In this document: piece by piece, positions 1-9,182 of the stretch
How the letters are laid out: every line of letters starts with the position of its first letter
Position numbering within the stretch: the stretch's first letter is position 1
Assembly: GCA_963822845.1 (NCBI GenBank)
Contig: CAWGIY010000009.1
Location: 208,902-272,901 of the forward strand
Direction of reading: 5' to 3'
Length of the DNA: 64,000 nt
Origin: an uncultured Chloroflexia bacterium
GTDB lineage: Bacteria > Chloroflexota > Limnocylindria > QHBO01
Program-made: the position numbers and the translations under genes
Notes under the pieces: model-generated
Database searches by the model: none
Told to the model about the DNA's origin: nothing
The model's input: only the letters and a program-made list of their open reading frames with translations

Positions 1-374
1 GCGAGCGCTTCCCGGCCATGACCGATGCCTACGACCCCGAGCTGTGCGCCGCGGCCCGGGAGTCGGCCGCGCGGACCGGCATCGCGCTGCGCGAAGGGGT
101 CTTCATCATGCTCCCCGGACCTTCGTACGAGACGCGAGCGGAGATGCGGATGCTCCGCGGGCTCGGGGCCGACGCGGTCGGCATGAGCACCGCCCACGAG
201 ACGATCGTCGCCCGCCACGCCGGTGCACGCGTGCTCGGCCTCAGCCTCATCACCAACAAGGCCACCGAGGACGTCGAGGAGGGCGCGACCCACGAGGAGG
301 TCATCGAGATGGGCCGCATCGGTGCCGCGCGACTGGTGACGCTGCTGGGTGACCTGCTGCCGCGCCTCGGCTGA
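1..374 (+). CDS. purine nucleoside phosphorylase, C-terminal part (5' end lies outside the window)
   Basis: ORF 18..374 is open back to position 1; ..LPGPSYETRAEMRMLRGLGADAVGMSTAHETIVARHAGARVLGLSLITN.. matches the C-terminal half of PNP/PunA-family phosphorylases. Confidence 0.75.
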   Translation, partial: ERFPAMTDAYDPELCAAARESAARTGIALREGVFIMLPGPSYETRAEMRMLRGLGADAVGMSTAHETIVARHAGARVLGLSLITNKATEDVEEGATHEEVIEMGRIGAARLVTLLGDLLPRLG

Positions 375-383
375 CCTGGACCG

Positions 384-998
384 ATGCTCCTCTTCCAGCT
401 GTCGCCCGCGGAGCTCGCCGGCATCGCGGTCGCGCTGATCGTCGGCATCACGTTCCACGAGTTCAGCCACGCGTACGTCGCCGATCTCCTCGGTGATCAC
501 CGCCCGCGCGCGCTCGGGCGCGTGAGCCTCAATCCGGTCGCCCACATCGACCCGATCGGGGCGCTCTTCTTCCTCGTCGCCGGCTTCGGCTGGGGAAAGC
601 CCGTGCCGGTCAACATCGGGGCCCTGCGGCCGGGCCGCATCGGCATGGCCTTCGTCTCGGCCGCCGGGCCGGTTGCGAACGTCGTGGTGGCCGTCGCCGC
701 GGCCATCGTGTATCGGGTGCTCGACATCGCGGGGGTGGGTGGTCTGACCCTCGACATCTTCAACGCGATCGTCTTCTTCAACCTGCTGCTCGCGATCTTC
801 AACCTCATCCCGATCCCGCCGCTCGACGGCTACAACGCGGTCCTCGCCTTTCTCTCGCCGCGGAATGCGATGACGGTGCAGCGCTACGCGCCGTACGGCA
901 TCCTCGTGCTCCTGCTGCTCGTCTTCATCCCGAACAGCCCGCTCGGGCTGCTGCTCGGGATGGCCCGCCCGCTGACCCAGGCGCTCACCGGTGCATAG
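384..998 (+). CDS. peptidase M50 (site-2 protease family) zinc metalloprotease
   Basis: 204 aa polytopic membrane ORF with an HEFSH (HExxH) zinc motif and a downstream LDG motif. Confidence 0.75.
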   Translation: MLLFQLSPAELAGIAVALIVGITFHEFSHAYVADLLGDHRPRALGRVSLNPVAHIDPIGALFFLVAGFGWGKPVPVNIGALRPGRIGMAFVSAAGPVANVVVAVAAAIVYRVLDIAGVGGLTLDIFNAIVFFNLLLAIFNLIPIPPLDGYNAVLAFLSPRNAMTVQRYAPYGILVLLLLVFIPNSPLGLLLGMARPLTQALTGA

Positions 999-1476
999 GG
1001 TCGGGCAGTTCGTCTCGCACGTGCGGGCGCGCGTCGACCCGGCCGAGGAGGCGCTGGTCGAGCGCGTCCTGCCGCCGCCGGCGCGGGAGCTGTTCGCCGG
1101 CATGCCGGTCGCCGATCGCCGGCACGGCCTCGACGTCGCCCAGCGCCTGATCTCCTCCGGCCATGACGATCCGGATCTGCTCGCCGCAGCGCTCCTCCAC
1201 GACGCCGGCAAGGGACACCGTCTCCGGCTCTGGCACCGGGTTTCGGGCGTGCTGCTCGAGGCGGTTGCGCCGGGCGGGCTGCGCCGCCTGGCCAGTCCCG
1301 ACCCGCGCTCCTGGCGTCATCCGTTCCACGTCTACCTCCACCACGACGCGATCTCGGCCGAGATGGCGGTGAGCGCCGGCTGCTCGCCCCGCACCGGCGC
1401 CTTCATTCGCCGGCAGCCAGTCGAGACCGATGCGCCGCTCCAGGCGGCACTGAAGGCGGCCGATGACGCAAGCTGA
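991..1476 (+). CDS. HD-domain phosphohydrolase
   Basis: 161 aa ORF with H..HDAGK motif; start overlaps the upstream stop. Confidence 0.6.
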   Translation: MHRVGQFVSHVRARVDPAEEALVERVLPPPARELFAGMPVADRRHGLDVAQRLISSGHDDPDLLAAALLHDAGKGHRLRLWHRVSGVLLEAVAPGGLRRLASPDPRSWRHPFHVYLHHDAISAEMAVSAGCSPRTGAFIRRQPVETDAPLQAALKAADDAS

Positions 1477-2239
1477 TCCGATGCAGCCGATCCCGGTCGA
1501 GACCGATGCGGGCGTGGCCGTTCCCATCGGCGACGCTTCGTTCTCGGTCGCGCTGCCGGTGTTCGAGGGGCCGCTGGGGCTGCTCCTGCACCTCATCGAG
1601 TCGCGCCAGCTCGACATCCTCACCGTTCCGCTGGCCGACGTGGCCGATGCCTACGTCGAGCATCTCGCCAGGCACCCGGTCGACGCGGCCGCGCTGAGCG
1701 AGTTCGTCGCGATCGCCGCGCAGCTCATCTTCCTGAAGTCGAAGCGGATGCTGCCCGCCGAGCCGCTGCCGCCCTTGCCGGACGGGACCGATGAGCCCGA
1801 CGAGGACGAGCTGCGCCGCCGCCTGCTCGAGTACCGCGCCATGCGTGACGCCGCCGCCGAGCTTGGCCGGCGCGACGGCGTGGCGCCGGTCATGCGTCGC
1901 GAGCCGCGCGAGTCGGACCTGCCCGCCGCGCCGACCGCCCCATTGGCCCCGGCGGTGCTGGCCGCGGCGCTCGAGACACTGGCGGCGATCCCGGAGCCTG
2001 CCCCGCCGCCGCCGGAGGTCGTCGCCCGCGAGATCACGATCGGCCAGCAGATCGCCGTCCTGCGCACCGCGCTTGCCGGTGGCGGTCGCGTCCTGCTCCA
2101 GACGATCCTGGCCCGCTGCCACTCCCGCACCGAGGCCGCGGTCACGTTCCTCGCCACCCTCGAGCTGGTTCGCCGTCGCGAGGTGCGCGCTGAGCAGGAC
2201 GAGCTGTTCGGCCCGATCATCGTGGAGACCGGCCCATGA
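1463..2239 (+). CDS. scpA: segregation and condensation protein A
   Basis: 258 aa; conserved ScpA N-terminus (..FEGPLGLLLHLIESRQLDILTVPLADVADAYVEHL..); directly precedes scpB with overlapping stop/start. Confidence 0.85.
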   Translation: MTQADPMQPIPVETDAGVAVPIGDASFSVALPVFEGPLGLLLHLIESRQLDILTVPLADVADAYVEHLARHPVDAAALSEFVAIAAQLIFLKSKRMLPAEPLPPLPDGTDEPDEDELRRRLLEYRAMRDAAAELGRRDGVAPVMRREPRESDLPAAPTAPLAPAVLAAALETLAAIPEPAPPPPEVVAREITIGQQIAVLRTALAGGGRVLLQTILARCHSRTEAAVTFLATLELVRRREVRAEQDELFGPIIVETGP

Positions 2240-2784
2240 CCGACGATCTCGACACGTTCTACGAGGCGCTGCTGTTCATCGCGGAGCGACCGCTCGAGAC
2301 CGATGAGCTCGCGAAGCTGGCCGAGGTCCCGCGCGGCCAGGCCGAGGGCGCGCTCTCGGCGCTGGCCGACCGCCTCGAGGAGGACGGCCGCGGGCTGCGC
2401 GTCCAGCACCACGACGGCGCATGGCAGCTCGTCACGGCGCCGGAGGTCGGGGCACGTCTCGCCGCCTATGCCGCTCGCGAGGAGGCCCGGCTCTCGGCGG
2501 CCGCGCTCGAGGCGCTGGCGGTCATCGCCTATCGCCAGCCATGCACCCGCGGGGACGTCGAGCGCGTGCGCGGCGTCGACTCCGACTACGTCATTCGCTC
2601 GCTGCTGCATCGGCGGCTGGTCGTCGAGCTCGGCCGGCGCGACACGCCGGGCCGGCCCGTCCTCTTCGGCACGAGCTTCACGTTCCTCGAGCGCTTCGGG
2701 CTGACGTCGATCGAGGATCTGCCGCCGCTGTCGAGCGACGCGGCGCAGCTCGCCGCCCTGGCCGATGCCGCCGATGGCCGGTGA
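2236..2784 (+). CDS. scpB: segregation and condensation protein B
   Basis: 182 aa; ScpB winged-helix motifs (..LEALAVIAYRQPCTRGDVERVRGVDSDYVIRSLL..). Confidence 0.85.
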   Translation: MTDDLDTFYEALLFIAERPLETDELAKLAEVPRGQAEGALSALADRLEEDGRGLRVQHHDGAWQLVTAPEVGARLAAYAAREEARLSAAALEALAVIAYRQPCTRGDVERVRGVDSDYVIRSLLHRRLVVELGRRDTPGRPVLFGTSFTFLERFGLTSIEDLPPLSSDAAQLAALADAADGR

Positions 2785-3520
2785 GCGGCTCCAGAAGCTC
2801 ATCGCGCGCGCCGGCCTCGCGTCGCGCCGCGGGGCGGAGCAGCTCATCGCCGACGGCCGCGTGCGCGTCAACGGCCGGCTCGCCGGGCTCGGCGACTCCG
2901 CGGATCCCGCGCGCGACGCGATCGAGGTCGATGGCCGTCCGCTGGCGGCCGCCCCCGCGCCGATCCACCTCGCGGTCCACAAGCCGCGCGGCTTCCTCAG
3001 CTCGGCCCGCGACGAGCGCGGCCGGCGTTCGGTGGTGACCCTCGTCGACACGGGCGGCCAGCGGCTGTGGCCGGCCGGCCGCCTCGACGTCGAGTCGGAA
3101 GGGCTGATGATCCTCACCAACGACGGCGAGTGGGCCAACCGCGTCCTCCACCCTCGCTACGGCAACGACCGCGAGTACGCCGCGCTCGTCAGCCCGCCAC
3201 CGTCGCCCTCGGCTCTCTCCCGGCTGCGGTACGGCGTCACGCTCGAGGACGGCCCCGCGCGGCTGCTCTCCGCGCGTCACGAACCGCCGCCGCGCGAGGT
3301 CGCGCGAAGCCGGACCGAGCGGGGCGAGTGGCTGCGGGTCCGGATCGGCGAGGGACGCAAGCGCGAGGTGCGACGGCTCTTCGAGGCCGTCGGCAGCGAG
3401 GTCGAGCGGCTGGTGCGCGTCCGCATCGGTTCGCTCACGCTCGCCGGCCTGAGTGAGGGCGAGTGGCGCCGGCTCCGGCGGAGCGAGGTGTCCGCGCTGT
3501 CGGGATCGCGGCCCCGGTGA
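2765..3520 (+). CDS. rluB: 23S rRNA pseudouridine synthase (RluB/RsuA family)
   Basis: S4 domain (LQKLIARAGLASRRGAEQLI) plus catalytic core (..GRLDVESEGLMILTNDGE..); conserved scpAB-rluB-cmk order. Confidence 0.85.
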   Translation: MPPMAGERLQKLIARAGLASRRGAEQLIADGRVRVNGRLAGLGDSADPARDAIEVDGRPLAAAPAPIHLAVHKPRGFLSSARDERGRRSVVTLVDTGGQRLWPAGRLDVESEGLMILTNDGEWANRVLHPRYGNDREYAALVSPPPSPSALSRLRYGVTLEDGPARLLSARHEPPPREVARSRTERGEWLRVRIGEGRKREVRRLFEAVGSEVERLVRVRIGSLTLAGLSEGEWRRLRRSEVSALSGSRPR

Positions 3521-4191
3521 CCCGGACGATCGCGATCGACGGGCCGTCGGGGGCCGGGAAGAGCACGATCGGCCACGCCCTCGCCATGCGCATCGACGCG
3601 ACCTTCGTCGACACCGGGCTGATGTATCGCGCCCTCACGCTGGCAGCGCTGGAGCGGGGGATCGACGTCGACGACGGCCCCGCCCTCGGTGTGCTGGCGA
3701 CCGAATGCCTCATCGAGGTCGAGCGACCGCGCCCGGAGCAGACCGATCGGCTGGAGACCGTCCGCCTCGACGGCCGGGACGTCACGCTCGAGGTGCGCAC
3801 GCCGCCGATCGACCGGGCCGTCAGCGCGGTGAGCCGCCACGCCGACGTCCGAGACGCGATGCTCGGCGTGCAGCGCGCGGCCGCTGAGCGCGGCGACGCG
3901 GTGATGGTCGGCCGCGATATCGGCACCGTCGTCCTGCCCGACGCGACGCTGAAGGTCTACCTCACCGCACGCGCCGACGTGCGCGCCGCGCGGCGCGCGA
4001 CGGAGATGGGGCGTCCGGATCGGTATCTCGACTACCTCGCCGAGATCGAGGGCCGCGATGCCGCCGACTCGGGACGCGAGGTGGCGCCGCTGCGCCAGGC
4101 CGGTGGCGCCCTCGTGCTCGACACCGGGGAGCTGAGCGTCACCGACTGCGTCGAGGCCATCGCGAGGCGGCTGGAGCAGATCGGTGCGTAG
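3518..4191 (+). CDS. cmk: cytidylate kinase
   Basis: P-loop IAIDGPSGAGKST and the rest of the sequence match Cmk; GTG start chosen just after rluB (track ORF 3463 overlaps rluB). Confidence 0.85.
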
Positions 4192-4834
4192 CTGGTTCTA
4201 CTGGCCCGGAACGGCGATCATCGGCTTCGTTGCTCGCCTGCTCTGGGGCGCTCGCGTCGAGAGCGGGGACGAGCACATTCCGCGCAGCGGCCCCTTCATC
4301 CTCGTGGCGAACCACTGTTCGAATGTCGACCCGCTGATCCTCGGCTGGGCGATCGGCAACCGCACCAACCGGCTGATCCATTTCATGGCCAAGGCCGAGA
4401 TGCGCGGCTGGCCCGTCCTCGGCTGGCTGGCGGGCCAGTCGGGCGTGTTCTTCGTCCGCCGCGGCGAGGGCGACCGCGCCGCCCAGCGCTACTCGCTCGA
4501 GGCGCTGGCCGAGGGCCGCCCGATCGCGCTCCACCCGGAGGGCACGCGCTCGCGAAATGGTCGCCTCCAGGCCGGCCGGTCCGGCGCGGCGTTGCTGGCC
4601 ATGCGCTCGGGCGCGCCGTTGCTGCCGGCGGGGATCGCGGGCACGCATCGCATCTTCCCGGGTCGCTCGCGGTTTCCGCATCCGACCCGGATCGTCATCC
4701 GCATCGGCGAGCCGTTCACGCTTCCGCACGTGCCCGATGGCCGGCTCGACCGGGCGGCGCTTGCCGCGGGCACGGACCAGATCATGGCCGCCATCGCCAA
4801 GCTCCTGCCGGAGGACCAGCGGCCGCTCGCCTAG
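4184..4834 (+). CDS. plsC: 1-acyl-sn-glycerol-3-phosphate acyltransferase
   Basis: 216 aa; acyltransferase motifs NHCSNVDP and ..HPEGTRS.. Confidence 0.8.
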   Translation: MRSWFYWPGTAIIGFVARLLWGARVESGDEHIPRSGPFILVANHCSNVDPLILGWAIGNRTNRLIHFMAKAEMRGWPVLGWLAGQSGVFFVRRGEGDRAAQRYSLEALAEGRPIALHPEGTRSRNGRLQAGRSGAALLAMRSGAPLLPAGIAGTHRIFPGRSRFPHPTRIVIRIGEPFTLPHVPDGRLDRAALAAGTDQIMAAIAKLLPEDQRPLA

Positions 4835-4870
4835 GCTCAGTAGCAGGGAACGAGATCGGGGCGCTCCGTC

Positions 4871-4894
4871 GGGGGTATATACGTATATACCCCC
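4871..4894. promoter_or_regulatory. perfect 24-nt AT-cored palindrome GGGGGTATATACGTATATACCCCC, 13 nt upstream of ispH
   Basis: Read directly; self-complementary; AT-rich core in a ~70% GC background; candidate operator/extended -10 element or RNA hairpin. Confidence 0.5.
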
Positions 4895-4907
4895 GAATCA
4901 CCCTAGA

Positions 4908-5793
4908 ATGAGACCGATGACCACCGCAACGCGACCCGACGTCCGCATCGCCGAGCGCGCCGGCTTCTGCTATGGGGTGCGCCTGGCGATCGACAAGGCC
5001 AAGCACGCGCGCACCGAGGGCAAGGAGGTCACCACCCTCGGCCAGCTCGTCCACAACCCCGGCATCAAGGCCGATCTGTCCGATCGCGGCATCCGCACCG
5101 CCGACCTGGCCGACCAGGTCGAGGGCGGCACGCTCGTGATCCGCGCCCACGGCGTCCCGAAGTCCGAGTTCGAGAAGGTCAAGGGCGCGGAGGGCCTCGA
5201 GGTCATCGACGCGACCTGCACGTGGGTGCTCCAGTCGCAGAAGGCCGCCCGCGAGCTGGCGGAGGCCGGCTACACGGTGTGCATCATCGGTCACGAGGAC
5301 CATCCCGAGGTCAAGGGCGTGCGCTCGTATGCCGGCGATAACCACGTCGTCGTGGACGACATGGACCGATCAACCTGGGAGCGCGTGCCGCGCACGAAGA
5401 AGCTCGGCGTGCTCTCGCAGTCGACGATCCTGCCCAACAAGCTCGAGGAGTTCGCCGCCTTCTGCCTGCGCCGATGCCACGACATGCGCGTCGTCAACAC
5501 GGTCTGTCCCGGTCACGCTGACCCGCCAGGACGACTCGGTGAAGCTGGCGGCCGAGGTCGACGCGATGATCGTGGTCGGGGGCAAGAACAGCTCGAACAC
5601 GAAGGAGCTGGCGGTGAAGTGCCGCGGCATCCAGGCCGAGACTGTGCACGTGGCCGATGCCGACGAGCTCGCCGCCGAGTGGGGCGAGTGGTTGCGGGGC
5701 AAGCCGCGGATCGGCATCACCGGCGGCACCTCCACGCCCGAGGTCGACCTCGAGGAGGTCCGCGAGCGCGTCTACGCCCTCACGGCGGCGTAG
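4908..5793 (+). CDS. ispH: 4-hydroxy-3-methylbut-2-enyl diphosphate reductase, disrupted by a +1 frameshift near 5515
   Basis: N-terminal ~200 aa (..IAERAGFCYGVRLAIDKA..HNPGIKADL..) lie in frame 0 (ORF 4557..6113). The C-terminal ..TLTRQDDSVKLAAEVDAMIVVGGKNSSNTKEL..ITGGTSTPE.. lie in ORF 5329..5793. Junction at ..NTVCP|VTLTRQ in a 'cccgg' run. Confidence 0.8.
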
Positions 5794-5922
5794 TCGCGCC
5801 GGTTGCCTCAGGGGGTAATCAACGGCCAAGATCGCGCGGATTCCGGGTCATTCGTGACCGTGGGTTGCCCCAGGAGGCAACATCCAACCATGTCGGGGGC
5901 CAAAGCCGGACCAAGTTGGCCG

Positions 5923-7203
5923 TTACTTGCTCCGCGGGGCAACCGGCGCGGCTTCGCCCGGGACAAGGTCGTCGAGCAGCCTTCGCAGACGGCGCCGCAG
6001 CACGCGGTACGAGAGGTGCTGGCGCGCGATGTCGAAGTTGTGCCGCGCGTTGGCCCGGATACGGTCGGGGCTCGCGAGCAGGGACCGCACCCTGGCGACG
6101 GTCGCATCGGTGATCTCGCCGTCGATCTCGATCAGCTTGAGCCCGAGCGGCGCGATGTCGGCGACGTACACCGAGTATCGGTTGACGAGCACCGGCACGC
6201 CGTAGAACAGCGCCTCCAGGAGCGCATTGCCGAACCCCTCGTAGAGGCTCGGATAGGTGATGAGGTCGGCGGCGAGGTACGCGTCGTGGAGCGAGTGCGC
6301 CGGCCGCAGCGGCTTGCCCTCGTGGTCCGGTGCGAAGCGATCCGCGGCATAGGCCAGCCGGACCTTGTGGCGCTCCGCCAGGCGCTCGAGCTCGACGAGG
6401 TAGTCGAGGCCCTCGTCGCCGGCGGGCGAGGTGATGAGCAGGACCGCATCGGGGTCCTCGAGGCGCCCGACGAGCTCGATGGCCAGCTCGATGCCCTTGC
6501 GCGGCACGACGCGCGTCGGCTGCACCACGAGCAACCCGCGCTCGTTCATCCCGAGCTCGTGACGCAGTCGCCGGCGGATGGCCGGGTGGCGGCGAGGCCG
6601 AGGCTGGTCGAAGTCGAAGACGTTCGGAATGACCTTCGAGCGGATGCCGCGCCGCTTCTGCAGCTCGCCCGCGGCCAGGCTGTTGATGCTGACGTGGCGC
6701 ACCCACGGCAGGTCGGGAGGGAAGGCCTCGTCGAGCATCTCCGGCACGACGCAGTTCGCGAAGCGCTCGCGCTCCCACCAGTAGTCGTGGTGATGACCGA
6801 TGGCCGGCAGCTCTGCCTCCTCCACGACCCGTCGCAGCGCAAGGCCGAGCGGCAGGTGCATCGGGATGGCCCACGCGTTCTCGACGATGAGCGCGTCGAG
6901 CGAGCTGGCGCGGACCCAGTCGTGGAGCACGGGCAGCAGCAGGTCGGCGAGGCGGTTGATCTCGGTGCGCACGGCATCGGGGTCGCTGTCCGGGTCGAAG
7001 GCGGCCGCGGTGGCGCGGGCGGCGGGCGGCCAGGTGAAGTGCATCGGCGGGACCAGGCGGGCCTGGTAGCGGAGGGCGTCGACCTCGCCGGCACAGAGGC
7101 GGAGATCGTGGCCCATCTGGTCGAGCACCGTCTCCCACTTGGCGGTCTCGAAGGTCACGCCGTCGACGCCGGCGAGGCGCGTGGCGGCGATCCCGATCTT
7201 CAC
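5923..7203 (-). CDS. GT4-family (group 1) glycosyltransferase
   Basis: 426 aa; GT-B fold and C-terminal E-x7-E-type motif (..YPSLYEGFGNALLEALFYGVPVLV..). Confidence 0.7.
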   Translation of the reverse strand: MKIGIAATRLAGVDGVTFETAKWETVLDQMGHDLRLCAGEVDALRYQARLVPPMHFTWPPAARATAAAFDPDSDPDAVRTEINRLADLLLPVLHDWVRASSLDALIVENAWAIPMHLPLGLALRRVVEEAELPAIGHHHDYWWERERFANCVVPEMLDEAFPPDLPWVRHVSINSLAAGELQKRRGIRSKVIPNVFDFDQPRPRRHPAIRRRLRHELGMNERGLLVVQPTRVVPRKGIELAIELVGRLEDPDAVLLITSPAGDEGLDYLVELERLAERHKVRLAYAADRFAPDHEGKPLRPAHSLHDAYLAADLITYPSLYEGFGNALLEALFYGVPVLVNRYSVYVADIAPLGLKLIEIDGEITDATVARVRSLLASPDRIRANARHNFDIARQHLSYRVLRRRLRRLLDDLVPGEAAPVAPRSK

Positions 7204-7240
7204 GGGGCGATCGTAGGGGATGCGCGGCTAGACTCGTCGG

Positions 7241-8674
7241 ATGTCTTCGCTGCCGGTCGTCGCCATTGTTGGCCGCCCGAACGTCGGGAAGAGCACGCTC
7301 TTCAACCGGCTGATCGGCAAGCGCACGGCGATCATCTCCGACGTGGCCGGCACGACCCGTGACCGGGTCTATGGCACCAGCGACTGGAACGGGCGCACGT
7401 TCACGGTCGTCGACACCGGTGGGCTCGAGCTCCGGCCGGGCAGCGACATCGAGGAGCGCGTCCAGGACCAGGCGCGGGTCGCGGTCGAGGAGTCGGACCT
7501 GATCCTGTTCGTCGTCGACGCCCACGCCGGGCTGGCGCCGCTCGACTACGAGGTGGCCGATCGGCTGCGCCGCGCCGATGCCCCCGTGATCCTCGTCATC
7601 AACAAGGGCGACAACCCTGCGCGCGAGGCCGATGCGGTCGAGTTCTTCGCCCTCGGCTTCGACCCCTCGATCACGATCTCCGCACAGCACGGCCGCAACA
7701 CCGGCGACCTCGCCGACCTCATCGTCGATCACCTCCCGCCGCCGAGCGAGGCTGAGGCGGCGGCATCGGTCACTCCGGAGGACCTCACCGAAGAGGAGCT
7801 GGCCGAGCTGGCCGAGACGGAGATGGGGCCGCCGCGGGTGGCGATCGTGGGGCGGCCGAACACCGGCAAGTCGACGTTCGTGAACAAGGTGTTCGGGTCT
7901 GACCGGATGATCGTGTCCGAGGTGCCGGGCACGACCCGCGACCCGATCGACACCGCCGTCGAGCTCGACGGCCAGCCGCTCGTGCTCGTCGACACGGCCG
8001 GCATCCGGCGCCGCGGCTCGATCGACCGCGGGATCGAGCGCTATTCCGTCCTGCGCAGCATGAAGGCGATCGACTCGGCCGACGTCGCGGTGGTCATGAC
8101 CGATGCGACCGAGGGCTACACGGCGCAGGACGCGCACGTCGTTGGCTACGTGCTCGAGGCGGGGAAGGGCGTCGTGCTCGTGCTGAACAAGTGGGACGCG
8201 GTCGAGAAGGACGAGTTCACCGCCGACCAGTGGCTCAAGCGCCTGCGACGCGAGGCGCCGTACCTGGCCTGGGCCGACATCGTGTTCGCCTCCGCGCTGA
8301 CCGGCCAGCGGGTCGAGCGGATCCTCAACGAGGCGCTGCGCGTCGCGGAGGAGCGCTATCGGCGCGTGTCGACCGGCGAGCTGAACCGCCTGGTCATGGA
8401 CGCGGTGCGCGAGCACCCGCCGTCACATGTCCGCAATCGCCTGCCGAAGTTCTACTACGCCGCCCAGGTCAGCGTCGCGCCACCGACGTTCGTCATCTTC
8501 GTCAACGACCCGGCGATCGTCCACTTCAGCTACAAGCGCTACCTCGAGAACCGGATCCGCGACGCGTACGGCTTCCTCGGGACGCCGATTCGCCTGATCC
8601 TGCGGCAGCGCGAGTCGGAGGAGTCGGCACGTCGGTCGGTGCGACCGCGCAAGAAGGTCCCGCGCAAGCGCTGA
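7241..8674 (+). CDS. der: ribosome-associated GTPase Der/EngA (tandem GTPase domains plus KH domain)
   Basis: Two G domains (GRPNVGKSTLFN.. and GRPNTGKSTFVN..) and a KH-like C-terminus; 477 aa. Confidence 0.9.
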   Translation: MSSLPVVAIVGRPNVGKSTLFNRLIGKRTAIISDVAGTTRDRVYGTSDWNGRTFTVVDTGGLELRPGSDIEERVQDQARVAVEESDLILFVVDAHAGLAPLDYEVADRLRRADAPVILVINKGDNPAREADAVEFFALGFDPSITISAQHGRNTGDLADLIVDHLPPPSEAEAAASVTPEDLTEEELAELAETEMGPPRVAIVGRPNTGKSTFVNKVFGSDRMIVSEVPGTTRDPIDTAVELDGQPLVLVDTAGIRRRGSIDRGIERYSVLRSMKAIDSADVAVVMTDATEGYTAQDAHVVGYVLEAGKGVVLVLNKWDAVEKDEFTADQWLKRLRREAPYLAWADIVFASALTGQRVERILNEALRVAEERYRRVSTGELNRLVMDAVREHPPSHVRNRLPKFYYAAQVSVAPPTFVIFVNDPAIVHFSYKRYLENRIRDAYGFLGTPIRLILRQRESEESARRSVRPRKKVPRKR

Positions 8675-8689
8675 AGCTGGGTGGCAGGC

Positions 8690-8880
8690 CGTTCGCTGAG
8701 CGGCGCTTATCGCGAGCGAGCGGGCTTCGGCGGTCGTACCGATCGCGCTTCGAGACGCTGGGCGACCCGAACCGCGCGCCAGAGGCGGCGTCGGGCCCTC
8801 CCGTTCGCGATAACGGTCGCTGAGCGTCGCGATCTGGCGTTCGTTCGAGGCATCTGTCGCTGAGCGGCGGTAACGCGCGC
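8690..8880. repeat. intergenic cluster of short degenerate direct and inverted repeats (TCGCTGAGCG / TTATCGCGA motifs) downstream of der
   Basis: TCGCTGAGCGGCG occurs at ~8695 and ~8848 and TCGCTGAGCGTCG at ~8819. cgctgagcggcgcttatcgcga (8697-8718) is an imperfect inverted repeat of tcgcgataacggtcgctgagcg (~8806-8827). Confidence 0.4.
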
Positions 8881-9076
8881 TATTCGTGGTGGCGGAGTTC
8901 CGGCGGGACGCGTGCTCGTCACGCCGCCGGGCGATGCGCATGAGGCCCTCGCCGTACACCAGGGCTGCGTCGACGCTCAGGCCGGTGGCGCGGTCCAGCG
9001 TCCCCAGCCGCGCGTAGTTGTCGCGCAGGACGCAGAGGGTGTCGAAGAGGTCGTAGTCACTCGGCTGTGGTTGCAT
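8870..9076 (-). CDS. hypothetical small protein (only the N-terminal ~70 aa of ORF 8423..9076 are plausible)
   Basis: ORF opens with MQPQPSDYDLFDTLCVLRDNYARLGTLDRATGLSVDAALVYGEGL.. but runs without a stop across the repeat region and into the 3' end of der, so the true end is unclear. Confidence 0.2.
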
Positions 9077-9182
9077 GATCGTGGTCCTTGACGCTCACCA
9101 ATCTCCCATCGTTGCGTGAGCGAGCGGTGAATCGAACGTGAGAATCTCCTGATCTGCCGATGACCGCTGATATCCTCGCGAC

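Noticed and set aside
1651-3138. Long antisense or overlapping ORFs (e.g. 1651..3138 -, 5819..8416 -, 13023..14567 +, 16758..18740 +, 19115..20518 +, 21117..22544 +, 30915..32633 -, 60105..62168 -) with Arg/Gly/Pro/Ala-rich translations
   Set aside because: Typical stop-codon-poor shadow frames of a ~70% GC genome. Each overlaps a gene with clear homology on the other strand or frame, and none has recognisable motifs
8423-9076. 217-aa minus-strand ORF overlapping the 3' end of der and the repeat cluster
   Set aside because: It has no stop until it is deep inside der, and its middle is low-complexity translation of the repeat region. Only the N-terminal ~70 aa were kept, as a low-confidence feature
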